This document shows positions 17,596 through 31,259 of a stretch of DNA of 64,000 nt, piece after piece. Under the pieces are notes generated by a model. That model made no database searches. It saw nothing but the letters and a program-made list of their open reading frames with translations, and had not been told where the DNA came from. This DNA is from Eledone cirrhosa (lineage: Eukaryota): NCBI GenBank assembly GCA_964016885.1, contig OZ024740.1, positions 229,090,001 through 229,154,000 of the forward strand. Direction: 5' to 3'. How positions within the stretch are numbered: the first letter of the stretch is position 1; each line of letters begins with the position of its first letter. The translations under genes were made by a program, and so were the position numbers.

Positions 17596-17676
17596 AATAT
17601 CCGGGAGCTTCCAACAGACATAGTAGCATTCTTTTAAGGGTATGTCAATATTTGTTTATAAAACTGATCTATATTA

Positions 17677-17741
17677 TATTTTATCTGATGAAAGCGCACC
17701 ATAATTTGCTTTGGTGTCCTTGAAATATGTATAATGAAATA
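17677..17741 (+). ncRNA. Type I hammerhead ribozyme, apparently intact
   Basis: Helix I TATTTTAT/ATGAAATA (8 bp, one G-U), CTGATGA, helix II AAG.GCACCA...TGGTGT.CTT, GAA, helix III ATATGTAT (near-palindrome), UA cleavage site. It lies in an island flanked by (TA)n. Confidence 0.8.
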
Positions 17742-17870
17742 AATATGGTTTTATAAATATAGTTTCCATTTATTAATATATTGTATTTTTACTCCAAAAA
17801 TTTGTTGAGTGCTTTATATCAGTTATAAAAATATTTGCTTGTTGTATCCCAACAAATTAAATATAACTTC

Positions 17871-17905
<35 letters not shown>

Positions 17906-17924
17906 TTCCGTTCCTTCCCCTTCT

Positions 17925-18030
17925 CACTCAGAGATATATATTATATAATATATATTCTCACTAAGCAAATATATATTATATAATATATATTCTCACTAAG
18001 CAAATATATATTATATAATATATATTTATA
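17925..18030. repeat. Short AT-rich tandem repeat, about 35 bp x3
   Basis: TATATTCTCACTAAGCAAATATATATTATATAATA repeated. Confidence 0.8.
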
Positions 18031-18782
18031 ATACATATATATTTATACTGCCTGTCACCAATATATGCAACCATCGTGATTTTGGAAATTTTTTAGCAAA
18101 TCTTACCAAACTTTCCAAACTAATGACACATGTTTTAAAAATAGCATTTATCGCGACTCTTAAGCAATGTTCAATATGAAAAGCTCTGATTTAAAGAATA
18201 GAGAACTAGATTTCGGTACACTCTATCGTATAAATATGGAACAGGCCAAGGAAGGGTGGATTTATGCGGCTGTTCAACCTGCTAAAAATACCCTGTGTTA
18301 CTCACACATCATACCTTACAACATACCTTAAGGTCATTTTTACTGCTAATGCAGGCTTTACCTGTGCAGATTCTACAACAGGCTTTCTACTCATCGTGGG
18401 GTTCTTTGTTGAGCCTGTCTTTTGCAGGCAGTTGCCCTTCCTGGCACTAACATTTTTAGTCTTGCCTCTTATTAAACTCACGAAAATGGGTATAACTTTC
18501 ATTATGTAAAATTTCCCCATTCTGCCTCATTTCTCCACGTTTTGGGGCACTTCTTTTCATGGTACTCCCCGTTTGGCTTTTTAGAAGTTAGTGGGTCTGA
18601 CTACAATGTACCTATGCTCAACTGGATATACATAATAAAACCATACCTTGTTATCTTAGATGAGGAATTGACACGTTTGATAATGTAGTCCTATATAAAC
18701 TGGCTGAAAAAACCCCCCAAAAAACCCAGAAAATAAAACAGGATAATCATTGCTAGAATAGCTTTCATTATAGGTTTTCTTA

Positions 18783-19002
18783 GGGCGGTGAATTGGCAGC
18801 ATCCGCAGAGTATCGGACAACATTCTTTGTGGAATAGAGTTGCGTCCCTTTACGTTCTGAGTTCAAATCCCGCCGAGGTTAGCTTTGCCTTTCATCCTTA
18901 CAAGGTCGATAAAATAAAGTGCCAGTAATACCCTGGAGTCTATTTAATTGACTTTCCCCTCTTCCAAAATTGTTGGACTTGTTCCTAAATCAGAAACCAT
19001 TA
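18783..19002 (+). mobile_element. SINE family A, full length
   Basis: Head, B-box, central block and tail. Confidence 0.9.
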
Positions 19003-19219
19003 TAGGTTTGCTTGGTCAACGTTGACCTGGGGCTAAACAATAAAAGACACTGTGGATAAGACCGAACTCAACATTTCTTTCTGAACGAATTCCAAAGTCG
19101 ATTATATAGACAATGCAATTGAGAATAGAGGCCCAATCTGTTTTACTTAAATCTCTTTTTCAGTTTCTTAGAAATATAGAAATATGAAGTGAGTCATATC
19201 AAAATGATACCCATTGAAG

Positions 19220-19500
19220 ACCTCACTCGGTCACGAATGACCATGATTTTGCACCTAGAAAGTTTCCCTCCGAGGAACAAGCCTGGGCAAGATTTGTTTT
19301 GTTGTCGAAGGGAAAGGCAATGGCCGATACAGCTTGGCACCAGTGACGTCGCAACTCATTTCTATAGCTGAGTAAACTGGAGCAACGTGAAATAAAGTGT
19401 CTTGCTCAAGGACATAACGTATCACCCTGTCCGAGAATCGAACTCACAACCTCTCAATTGCAAGCCCAATGGTCTAACCACTAAGCCATGCGCCTTCACC
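19220..19500 (-). mobile_element. SINE family B (CORE-like)
   Basis: Reverse complement of GGCGCATGGCTTAGTGGTTAG...GAGTTCGATTC...GTCCTTGAGCAAGACACTTTATTTCACGTTGCTCCAG. Confidence 0.8.
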
Positions 19501-19829
19501 CATTAATATAAGCTTAAACAAACACACAAATATATTTTTGGTAATGTAAAAAGACCCCTACACAGTTTCAATTCCCCAGTCGTGTAATTGCATTCAATGA
19601 CTGAAAATGAACTTTCCCTTACAGTGACACAACCATGTCACACTAATTGAAGAAAACGAGCAGATGAAGGTAAGTTTAACCAAGTCGCTTGACTCGTTAA
19701 AAATCACTGCTGCCTCCACAAATCATACTCTACCGTTTTAAAAATAAAGAACAAATTGGACAAGGTAGTTTTGGGTATATACACAAATTATCGACTTGGG
19801 GCTTACCATCAACAATGAATGAAGACATA

Positions 19830-20089
19830 TACGAGGGTCGACTGAAACGTTGATAGGCTGACCAGGATACTCTCATGGAAGGACCAAATGAAGTTTATGT
19901 TTCAACATAGTCCCTAGAAAGTAACAATGCAATTAATAAGAAGAGTTTGAAATTAATTCTTACATCTAACATCTCTCCTTTATAGTCAGTCTAAGGAACA
20001 ATGCAGTTATTAATAAGAAGAGTTGAAATTAATGTATGCAAGATTTCACAGCTGTAGCATCACTCCTTCGTAGTCAACCTTCCCTCGTA
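19830..20089. mobile_element. Mariner-derived MITE; further pieces at 20480-20587 and 20905-21105
   Basis: Ends TA-CGAGGG...CCCTCG-TA. Homologous to 57469-57665 and 58968-59165. Confidence 0.65.
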
Positions 20090-20111
20090 TTTGATCTCCC
20101 AATAATCTATT

Positions 20112-20460
20112 AATAATTGTTTCTTCTTTTGGCACGAGGCCAGCAATTATCCCAGTGCATTACTGGTACTTTGCCTTTCATCCTTACGGGACCGATAAAA
20201 TGAAGTTTATCTCGGCGGATTTGAACTCAGACCGTAAAGGGGCGTAACTCTATGCTGATAATCTATTAATAATGGTTTCTAGTATAGGCACAAGGCCAGT
20301 GATTTGGGGGAGGGGAAAGTCGATTGAATCGACCCCAGTACGTTACTGGTGCTTTATTTTATCGACCCCGTAAGGTTGAAAGGCAAAGTTAACCGTGGCG
20401 GGATCTGAACTCAGACCATAAAGGACTGTAACTCTATGCTGATACTGCCAATCCACCGCT
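20112..20460 (-). mobile_element. Two tandem SINE family A copies
   Basis: Reverse complement of the family A tail, central block and head, twice. Confidence 0.85.
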
Positions 20461-21292
20461 CTCAATAATCTATTAATAATAGTCAATCTAAGGAACAATG
20501 CAGTTATTAATAAGAAGAGTTGAAATTATAGTATGCAAGATTTCACAGCTCTAGCATCACTCCTTCGTAGTCAGCCTGCTCCCGTATTTGCTGACCCAAT
20601 AATCTATTAAGCTCTACGGGATAAGGTTTCCTTTCACTTATATATAGATATAAATATAGGTTTTCTTATATTGGCACATGGCCAAAGAAATGTGTAGAAA
20701 AAAGGCATATACGATAGACTTTAAAATTAGTACATATCTGGTGCTTAGGTTATTGACACCGAAAGGAACGCTGAGTGAGACGCAACGGAATTTCAAACCA
20801 GGGCATACCTAGAGTTATTTAACCCTTTTAATTCCTACCCACAAAATACGCTTTTATTAAAAGCGAGGGGTAAATGGCGGCACTAAAGCCCACTTATATT
20901 AGGTTCTGGTGAAAAGTTCATAGGCTGAAAAGTTTATAGGCTGACCAAGGTACTCTCATGGAATGACCAAATGAGGTTTCGTTTTAAACATAATCTCTGG
21001 AGAGAAACAATGCAGTTATTTATGAGGATTGGAATCAATGCGTGTAGGATTTCACAGCTCTACATCACTCCTTCACAGTCAACCTATGAACTTTTCAGCC
21101 CCCATCTCCTTGTAGTTCTAAATTGTTATAGAAACTATGAATGGCAGAATCGTTGGAATATCAGACAAAACAAACACTTTGCGCTATTTTTCGGTCTCTT
21201 TATGCCCTGAGTTCAAATCCCGTAAAGACCCGTAGAAATCAACTTCGCTTTGCATCACTCTGATGTCAATAATATAAGGTACTAATATAGTC

Positions 21293-21620
21293 CGGCGAAT
21301 TGTCAGAGTCGTTAGAACGTCAGATAGAATGCTTTACGGTATTTGTTCCGGCTCTCTGATCTCTGAGTTCAAATCCCACCGGGGTCAATTTTGCGTTTCA
21401 CCCATTCGAGGTAGATGAAAAAAAAAATACCAGTCTAGTTCTGGGGTAAATTCTTCCTCTATTTCTTTCTCACTTCCTCTCACTCTCTCTCTATCCTTTT
21501 CTAGAAGAAATCTTGCTGTATACAGGCCTGGAGAGGCGAAGAGCTTCACGGGGTTTTAAAAATGCCGTAGAAACACCGTATGTCAATACGGTGCCACTAC
21601 GACTCCATCGGGTGTTACGG
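21293..21620 (+). mobile_element. Composite repeat: diverged SINE A head plus extended 3' region
   Basis: Homologues at 22055-22310(+), 24700-24962(-), 26575-26825(-) and 28320-28830(+). Confidence 0.6.
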
Positions 21621-22793
21621 GTTTATACATACATAGTCCAGTGAATTGGCAGACTTGTTAGATTGTTGAACAGAATAGTTGTAGTATTTGTTTTGTCTCT
21701 TTAAGTTGGGAGTACCTAGGTGGGTGTAATGAACGCTGTATCTAGCCGATAAGATGGTGTTTTTATAAATAGATAAATGAAGGAAAGCAACGAAAAACTC
21801 ATTTTTGAACTCTCGAAAATTCCATAACAAGCACATAGCGTTTGTATTGGAAGTCAGTCATCAGCTGTCGTTCGTTGACCTGATGTTGTTTACGGTGAAT
21901 TGATTGCAACACAACAGGCATGGATCAATGTTTCCTATTCTATCCTCTGTATTATTCAGGTATCCATGGCCAAGGTACTTAACTATTAACAACCTAATCC
22001 ATAAAAATATAAATAGGCACCACTAGTAGATACATTTATTTTATATACTGTTTGAGTCGTTGGAACGTCGGATAGAATGCTTTATGGTATTCATTTCAGC
22101 TCTCTGCTTTCGTAGTTCAAATTCTGCCGAGGTCAACTTTGCCTTTCATTCTTTCGAGGTGGTTAAAAAAAGTACCAGTCTAGTATTGGGGTCGATTCTT
22201 CCTCTATATCTCTTTCTTATTTCCTCTCTCTCTCACTTTCTATATTTCGCTGGAAGAAATCTGCTGTACTCGGGCCTGGAGAGGGGTGGGCTCTGCCAGG
22301 CTTAAAATGCCACAAACAGCGCAAAAGTTTTGAAAAAAGTATCATTATACTGATGTCAAAAATAAAGGATATATATTACAGAGTTAAAACATTATCATTA
22401 AAATAATTTATTATATTAGTAATCAGCAAGGCTCTGGAAATCTGCGTATTATATTATTTTTTATATTAATTTATCTCGCAAAAATATGCTAGGACTCATT
22501 TTCAGGGTACGAGTTACATTGGACAGCAACATGCGAAGGCTTAGTTTGGGAGAATGTATTATAATAGGGGAAACACGACACTATGCAAATGGCGGGAACA
22601 CCACATATTTGGTAGCATTTAATGCTGAGCTCAAGATCTCGTGTGTATTCGGAGACAGAAACGAGAACCCGACCCTTGTGAGTCGGCTAATTGTATGACT
22701 GATGCTGTCCTACGTTTTATCACATTTCTCACAAACTAAGTGGTTTGCTCACATCAGTGCTGCCGTATTACAGGTAAAGAACACTGTTTACAA

Positions 22794-22997
22794 CAGGCAT
22801 GTCAAACTGAGGGTCCCCGAGGGCCATATATGGGTCACATATGTGTTGTCTGGGGGCCAAACATGACAACTAATTGCGTACATTACAACTAATATTACCA
22901 AGATAAAACATGCTCGCGCTGTAAAAACCTTGTGCGGGCCGCCGCATGTGTTTGTAAAGGGCTGCATGCGTCCCGCGGACCATGTTTGACATGCCTG
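22794..22997. mobile_element. hAT MITE with intact target-site duplication
   Basis: TIRs CAGGCATGTCAAAC / GTTTGACATGCCTG, with 8-bp TSD GTTTACAA at 22786-22793 and 22998-23005. Confidence 0.92.
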
Positions 22998-25404
22998 GTT
23001 TACAACACTTGGAGGAAAACAAATATACACATATCATTGCAGGGTTTAATCTACCACTGTTGAACCAGCAAAAGAGTCTCTACGTGGTAGTTCCACCAGC
23101 TAGAAATAGTAGCTAAATCAACCCACCAAACACATTGCCGCCTTACAGTCGGAAGGTTCTTTTTAAGAAAACAAAGGATTCCATAATGTAATCCTAGATA
23201 CGCTATGTCTGGAAATAAGATGAAATGGTCATGGTTAGACCGCCTTTGATAAAAAGTCAACCCAATCAAGGATAAGCTTTGTTGGATCACCATCGGTTTC
23301 GTCGATGTGCGTTCCAGTTGTTCGAATAACAGAACAGCCTGTTCGTGAAATTGATGTACTAGTTAAAATGAGAGTTACTGCTCTTACATCTGTGATGGTG
23401 TAAAAAAACTTAAAAAGCCTTCCAAGAATAGTCTAAAAGGCATTCTACAGCTATTAAATTACTAGTTCTACCTCACGTTTCTCTACCCCCCACCCCTCTC
23501 TCAGTCTACAAACTTCTCATTCTCCATGGGCTTATATACTCAGCTTGTTCGATCGTTTGTCATAGAGCACACGCGGTCCATTTAACGTTTGAATGGTACG
23601 CCTAATTTCAAAACTACCTCGAACTTTTCAGTAGGGCGCCTTAGCTTTATGATGAACTACATCCATGCCTGGTCTAGAGAATGAAGCGGCGAATTTTCAG
23701 AGTCGTTAGAATACCGTATAGTATGCTTTGTACTTGGAGTTCAAATCCCACCGAGGTCAACTTTGCGGTTCATCTTTTCGATAAAAAGTATTAATCAAAT
23801 ACTGGAGCTGTTTCTTCCTCTATATCCCTTTCTCACTTATTCTCTCTATCACTATTTCTCCATCTTTGGAAGAATTTAGGTTCCGGGTTCGATCTCACTG
23901 CGTAGCATTTGAGTAAGTGGCATTTACCATAGCCACAGGTCGAGCTAGGCCTTGTAAGTTAAACTGGGAAGATGGGCAATGTGTGGAAGCCCATCGGATG
24001 AACTGCACATGTAATTCAAAGGACCAGCCTTGTCATGTATTTTCACGCTGAATCTCCCTGAAAATTACGTCAAGCATACTCATGTCTGTGGAATATTTTT
24101 CGTCGAAGCCGACGAAAGTTCACCGAGTCTAGAGAAGGTGTGCTATGGCAATTTAACTTATTCTAGATATGTTGCATGTGGGAGGGGAAGTCTTCAGTGG
24201 GGCTTTTAAAGAGGGATGTGCTCTGGCGGGCTAACTAACCCTAGGTTTGTTATGTGTGGGAGGGGGAGGAATTTTTTAGTGGGTCTCTAGAGACGGATGT
24301 GCTTTGGCAAGTTAACTCACCCTAGATATGTTGTGTGTCGGATGGGGACATTTTCAGTGGTTATCTACTATAATTCGTTACGTTGTATCCTTCATCCTGT
24401 AATTGCTAGTTTCTCAGACTGTCTAAACTTGTTTCATCCTGCTATTTCAAACAGGATCTTTAGAACAGGACACACTGAGGAGTTGTTTGTCGTTGGTTTA
24501 CACCCGGAGACGCACAAAAACTCTTTAATCACTGAAAGCTAACGAAATGCTAATATATTATGTAATACATTATCTACACAGTGTGGTTAGGATGTTTTAA
24601 ATTGTCGCTGGCTACATAATTATTTCAAGATATTTTTGTAAATGCTCATTGAAGACGAATTGGCTGAGACATGATAGCGTAAGACAGAAATTGAATCCAT
24701 GATACCGTATCATCTGATGAAATCGTAGAGGCGCCGTATTGACATACGAGGTTTCTTGGACATTATTAAAACTGGCGGTGTCCATCCCTTCTCCGGGTCT
24801 GATACAGCAGATTTCTTCCTGAGAAAGGTAGAAAGTGGGAGAGAGGAAGTGGAAAAGATATATAGAGGGAGAATCAACCCTAGTACAAGACTGGTACTTT
24901 TTTCAAACTCAGAGAACAGAGTCGAAACGAAGCCCAAAAAGCATTCTATCCAACGTTCTGACCAATTCACCACCTTCAAGATAAAATTTACTTGCTGGAT
25001 ACTCCCCGTCTCTCTGCCCTCTGGGTTCAAATCACCCTGAAATCAACTCACGTCTGCCGAATGACGGACAGCTGTTACCATTACACAAAGTGAGACTGAC
25101 CATTTACCTGTCAATTTTAAACCGTGTCTATGAGCCAGGAGATGTAAACAGGTGTAGTTTTGAGAGTACCGTTCCCCACCTACCAAATCCTTTAAAAACT
25201 TTTTTATCTTATATTTCTTTGTGTTTTAAGCATTCGAGTGTTAGCAGTCATACTTGTTCATATAATTGCAATATGTGACATATTTGGGATCCGGGTTTAT
25301 TGTACTTGCTTCGCTACTTTGAATATCTTTCCAATAATTTTGTGTACTCTTTCTGTTATCTAGTATATGATGGCATCTTCCGAATTTTATCAACATACAT
25401 TATG

Positions 25405-25592
25405 TGGATTGACAGTATCGGTAGATGGTCGGACGCCATGCTTTGCATCATAGAGTTACACCCTTTACAGTCTGAGTTAAAATCCCGCCGAGGTTAACTT
25501 TGCCTTTCATCCTTACGAGGTCGATAAAATAAAGTACCCCTAATGCACTTGGATAATTGCTGGCCTTATGCCCAAAATAGAATCAATTATTT
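25405..25592 (+). mobile_element. SINE family A
   Basis: Head, central block and tail. Confidence 0.88.
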
Positions 25593-25873
25593 ATTTAATT
25601 CGACATCGATGTAATTAGATGTAATATATTCAAAAACTTATGAAAAACCTTCCAAATATAGTCTAAAAAGCATTTTAAAACTATTAAATCACTAGTTCTA
25701 CCTCACTTGTCTCTCTCCCTCCTCTCTCTATATATATATAAACTTCTCCGTCTCAATTGGCTTATATACTCAAATAATTAAATTGTTTAGTGAACTCAAG
25801 CAACGTGAAATAAAGGGATTCGATCTCACAACCTTACGATTGTGAGCTCAACGCTCCTTCACACAAAATAATA

Positions 25874-26457
25874 TTTGTTTCTACTTTTGGCACAAGGCCA
25901 GCAATTATCCAGTGTATTACTGGTACTTTATTTTATCGACCCCATAAGGATGAAAGGCAAAGTTAAACTCGGCGGGATTTGAACTCAGAATGGCAAGGGC
26001 CGTAACTCTATGCGTCAAAGCATGGCTTCCGACCCTCTATCGATACTGCCAATCCACCGCGGTTTCTTATATAGGCACAAGGCCAGCAATTTGGGGGGAG
26101 GGGAAAGTCGATTAAATCGACCTCAGTGCGTGACTGGTACTTTATTTTATCGACCCCGTATTTATAACCTCGTCGGGATTTGAACTCAGATCATAAAGGG
26201 CCGTAACTCTATGCTGCAAAGCATAGCGTCCGACCCTCTACCGATACATGGTTTCTTTTATAGACACAGGGCCAGCAATTTTGAGGAAAGGGGAAAGTCG
26301 AGTAAATCGACCCAGTGCATTACTGGTACTTTATTTTATCAATGCCGTAAGGATGAAAGGCAAAGCTAATCTCAGCGGGATTTGAACTCAGAACATAAAG
26401 GGACGTAACTATGCCGCAAAGCAGGGTGACCGACGCTCTAACGAAACTACCACTCCA
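25874..26457 (-). mobile_element. Three head-to-tail SINE family A copies
   Basis: Three successive reverse-complement units, each GTTTC...AGGCCAGCAAT...TTTGAACTCAGA... Confidence 0.88.
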
Positions 26458-26865
26458 TAATAATAATAATAAATAAACTAATTCACCTTAATGTATGAAC
26501 CCGTAACTCTAGATGGAGCTATAGGAGCACTGTTGCGGCATAGAGCGTTTCTTGGGAATTGTATTTTAAAACCTATCGGAGCCCATTCCCTCTCCAGGTC
26601 TGAACACAGTCGATTTCTTCCAGAGAAGGAAAGAAGGTGATAGAGAGAAGTGAGAAAGAGATATAGAAGAAAAAAACGACTCCATTACTGGTCTGGTACC
26701 TTTTTTTATCGACCCTCAAAGGATGGAAGCCAAAGTTGACTTCAGCGGGGTTTGAACTTAGAATGCAAAGTCGGAAGGAATACCGCAATCCCGGTATACC
26801 ACACCCTAACTACTCTGCCATTTCAACGTCCTAATTCCCCCTTAATAACTTGTTTTAATAATTAA

Positions 26866-27046
26866 CTGTTTCTACTTTAGGCACAAGGCCAGCAATCACC
26901 CAGTGCATTACTGGTACTTTATTTTATCGACCCCGTAAGGATGAAAGGCAAAGTCAACCTCGGCGGGATTTGAACTCAGATCGTAAAGGGACGTAACTAT
27001 GCTGGAAAGCATGGTGTCTGACCCTCTACCGATACTGCCAATCCAC
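26866..27046 (-). mobile_element. SINE family A
   Basis: Near-consensus copy. Confidence 0.9.
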
Positions 27047-27374
27047 AATTAACACTGTAAAAACATTACTATATGACAATTCAAAATGGTGGAGGGATTG
27101 CGGGAACCAGGGATTGTCAGGAGAAAAACGTGGCCCAGGTTTTTGAGAAGCACTGTTTTAAACGAATGAGTAAAATTCATGGAAGTAACATGTATCACCA
27201 GCTTCACCTTGTTCAGCTTCCATGGAATGTTGCAATTGAAGCCATATTTGTGGTCATTGTAGAACTGTGATGGCTGGAACTGATATTGTCTACAATATTA
27301 ACATTGTTATTTTGTTTACCGTATGATTAATTAAAATAACTCCGTAGTACTAACACTGTTAATAAACAAATACT

Positions 27375-27830
27375 CTTCTTCTTCTTCCCCCTCTCCTCCT
27401 CCCCATCCCCCTCTTCTTCTTCTTCTTCTTCTTCTTTTTCACCCACTTATTCCTGAGAGGGTTGTGGAAGCAGAGTCCTCAAGCACTCCTTCCAGCGGGT
27501 CTTGTCAGAAACAACCGTCTCCAAATGATCCGGCTGGACCCCAAGCGAGACCAGCCAAACTTATGGATATTATCTAACCATCTTGTTCGGGCTCTACTCC
27601 TCGTTCTACTACTGGTTGGTTTCGCCCATAAAATCTGTCCAGCAATTATTTTCTGGGACATTCTAACCACATGTCCATAGTATCGGAGCTGTGATCTCTC
27701 AATTCGGAGAAGTAGCGGCTCTACCTGGAGCTAAGCACTCTACCGAGTAACGTTACTCCAAAGTCTCTTCTAAATCTAAGCTAGATAAATTGTAACATTC
27801 AAACTTTGCAGCCTCCATTTCTAACTTAGT
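27375..27830 (-). mobile_element. RTE-clade LINE 3' fragment with (GAA)n tail
   Basis: Translation YGHVVRMSQKIIAGQILWAKPTSSRTRSRARTRWLDNI fits the RTE C-terminal GHVxRM...RW.D.I motif. The (TTC)n tract at 27375-27435 is the tail. Confidence 0.75.
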
Positions 27831-29114
27831 CAATCAATGTCCTCTAGTTCTCTGTTTTTAATATTGTCCCCGTGTTTTGTTGTTTTATGTTTATGTTGTT
27901 TATCATGACGCCAGAATTGAAGATCTTTTTTGGCGGTGACTTTTGAAAATTTAATCCTCTACTTTCCTTAACTCTCACAAATGTTACCACGTCGTCCTCT
28001 GTCAGATACCCTCCAGTTTTGTAAAAATCTTTTATGAATGGCAACAAGATGATCGATAGCTCTCTCTCTCTCTCTCTCTGATTTCCAGTATGTACATGTG
28101 TTTGTGTCCACTATCAACACATTCCTCACCTGTATAACACTAAAACATTTACGATGGCTAGAAAATAAGCTTGTGCCAATGTTCAAATTAATTTATTTTG
28201 TCTCATTTTAGCTGTATAATTTTCTTACTGTGTTTTCTGTTGTAAATGATGAAAAGGAAAACAGCCTTCCGTTGCACTCAGCATTTCCGGTTACAGTTAT
28301 ATTAGTTCTAATAAAGAAAAAGGTGGTGAATAGGCAGAGCTGTTAGGACATGCTTCGCGTTATTCGTGAGTTCAAACCACGCCAAGGTTATCTTTGCCCT
28401 TCATCCTTTCGGGGTGGATAAATAAAGTACTAATCCAATATTGGGGTTGATTCTTTCTCTGCATCTCTTTTTCACTTCTTTTACTCTCTCCAGAAGGAAT
28501 CAAGTGTGTTCAGGCATGGAATAGAATGGGCTCCACCAGGTTTTAAAAGGCCAAGAAACACCGCATACTTACTACGGCACCTATACGACTTCACCGGTAT
28601 GCCGGACTGTAATTTAACCATGACACTAAATCGAATCTGACCCCTTACGTGTCATTTTCAAGCCGTATCTATCAGTTAGATGTAAACAGGCGTGGTTTTG
28701 AGAGTACAGTTCCTCACACCTCAAATATCACAGTTTTTAATCATATTTTTAATAATATATTTTTTGTGTGTTTTAAGCATTCGAGTGTCTACAGTGGTAC
28801 TTCTCCATTGCTTATGCTAAATGTCATTACCATACAGGTCATATGGCATGTAAATAAAGAAGATCATGAGTAAAAATGGCCACACCATCGGAGCCCCTGG
28901 ATTTGTGGTCTTATTTTAAACTTAGAAATAAAAATTACAAATTTAAGAGCTTAAAAACGCCCATTACTACATGAATGATCTACGTTATGCTATGGGTTTA
29001 TATGAGCCAATGTGGAAGCCTACTAAAAATAAGGGCTATAACTTCCTCAAATTACAACTTTAACATATTTAAATGATGCAAAATAAAAAGAGAAAGAAAC
29101 ACATTTTAATAAGG

Positions 29115-29337
29115 TTTTGGATGTCTCAGGAAATAATTGCTGGACAGATTTTATGGACAAAACCAACCAGCAGGAGACTAAAGAGTAGAACCAAGCAAGA
29201 AGGTCGGATAACATCCATGAACTCGGATCAATTGAAGATGGTTGCTTCTGACATGACCTGTTGGAAGGAGTGTTTGAGGACTCTGCCCATACGACCCTCT
29301 CAAGAAGAAGAAGAAGAAGAAGAAGAAGAAGAAGAAT
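29115..29337 (+). mobile_element. RTE-clade LINE 3' fragment, second copy
   Basis: MSQEIIAGQILWTKPTSRR is homologous to 27479-27670, and the fragment ends in (GAA)n. Confidence 0.75.
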
Positions 29338-30073
29338 GTCTCGGATACATGATGTCTGAAAAAAAAAAGACGTGAGAGTCACAGGTGGGTTGTAGTTAAT
29401 CATACGTCTGCTCTATTATGATTGACTGGGGTTAAACAACAAGAACAAATACTACGTTGAATGAAAACATCATTATAAAACTAATGAAATTCATATAGAA
29501 GTAATAAAATTAATATAAAGGCAATCGTTAACAAGATCTCTGAAAATGAATACAGCTCTGCAGTATCAGGTTACACATCGGAATTGTAAAGAAAATAGCC
29601 ATATTATTTGACAGGGACAGTGAATGTTGTCAGTCATAGCTGGGAGGAGAATAAAGATTGTTATTTTAACCGATTTACGAACCTAAATCAACACAAAATG
29701 GCTATGTAGATTCATAAGACAATATTTAGGTTCGAAACGAATTTAGGTGGGAACAAGGAAACAATGATTTTTTTTTTTATTATTATCAAGGCTGAAACGG
29801 TAGAGATTCTTAGATTTGTTGTCGAGGTAGGGACATATAAAGTGTGTTATGTCTGGTATGTCGCCGTTGCGAGATGTTATCATGGTCTTTGTTCATGTGC
29901 ATGTCTACCGTGAGTTGTCTAGTGTGTTGAAAGTTAATGGACAGCAGAGAGCAGTATCATCTATAAAAGAGGGTGTGTTGTTAAAACAGGAAACAGGTTA
30001 TTAACGAACATAAAGATGTATGATGAAAATAAGCCGTGAGCGAAAAGGTTGGAAAATTGCTGGTTTAAATTTT

Positions 30074-30262
30074 AATTGTTTCTACTTTAGGCACAAGGCC
30101 AGCAAATTACCCAGTACATTACTGGTACTTTATTTTATCGACCCCGTAAGGATGAAAGGCAAAGTTAACCTCGGCGGGATTTGAACTCAAACCGTAAAGG
30201 GACGTAACTATGCTAGAAAGCATGGCGTCCAACCCTCTACCGATACTGCCAATTCACCACCC
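30074..30262 (-). mobile_element. SINE family A
   Basis: Near-consensus copy. Confidence 0.9.
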
Positions 30263-30564
30263 TTCGGTTTAAATTTTAATCTCTGGGAGTCTGTCCCCTT
30301 TTCTCTCTGACTAAGCCATTTCAATGTCTCCTATTTACTGACCTGTTAGAAATGGAAAATAATTTCCCGGCTAAAGAGGATCTGATTAATCTTCAGTCCT
30401 CTACGACGGAACGAAAAGTAGGAAGGGCCCTTAACTCCTGCCGGATTCATTGGTCATTTTAAAGCTTGGTCGTTCCCATTCCGCTCCAAGTCCAAACACA
30501 GCTGATTTCTTCCAAGAAAGAGAAAGAGACAGATGGATACATATGTTTAATTTGTATGCATGTA

Positions 30565-30700
30565 AATACACACACACACACACACAAACATATATACATG
30601 CGCGCGCGCATGTGTGTGTGTGCGTGTGTGTGTGTGTGTGTGCGCGTGTGTGTGCGTGTGAGTGTGTGTGCGTGGGCGTGCGTGTGCGTGTGCGTGTGTG

Positions 30701-30761
<61 letters not shown>

Positions 30762-30867
30762 GATTAGTGCGTAACAACAGTTACATGCGGCGCGCCATTA
30801 GAATCAGTCGTGTGTGTGCGTGCGTGCGTGTGTATGTGTGTGTGTGTGTGTGCGTGCGTATGTGTGC

Positions 30868-30925
<58 letters not shown>

Positions 30926-30999
30926 GCGTGTGTGTGTGTGTATGTGTGTGTGTGTGTGCGCGTGTGTGTGTGTGTGTGTGTGTGCGTGTGTGTGTGTGT

Positions 31000-31042
<43 letters not shown>

Positions 31043-31043
31043 C

Positions 31044-31087
<44 letters not shown>
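30565..31087. repeat. (GT)n/(GC)n microsatellite array containing a duplicated 50-bp island
   Basis: Direct inspection. Confidence 0.95.
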
Positions 31088-31089
<2 letters not shown>

Positions 31090-31259
31090 GATGAGTGCGT
31101 AACAACAGTTACATGCGGCGCGCCATTCGAATCAGTCGATGCTATTACGGGGTCCATTTCGTTTGGGTTGTATTCCAGTGTTACGGCTGTAGTGTGCAGA
31201 GCGTAAATAGATTTAAAGAATCGAAGTCAGTGTTACAGCATAATGTACAAACCTTGTTT

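Noticed and set aside
18302-18600. Lys-rich short ORF as a possible exon or pseudogene
   Set aside because: No recognisable domain or convincing splice-site pair.
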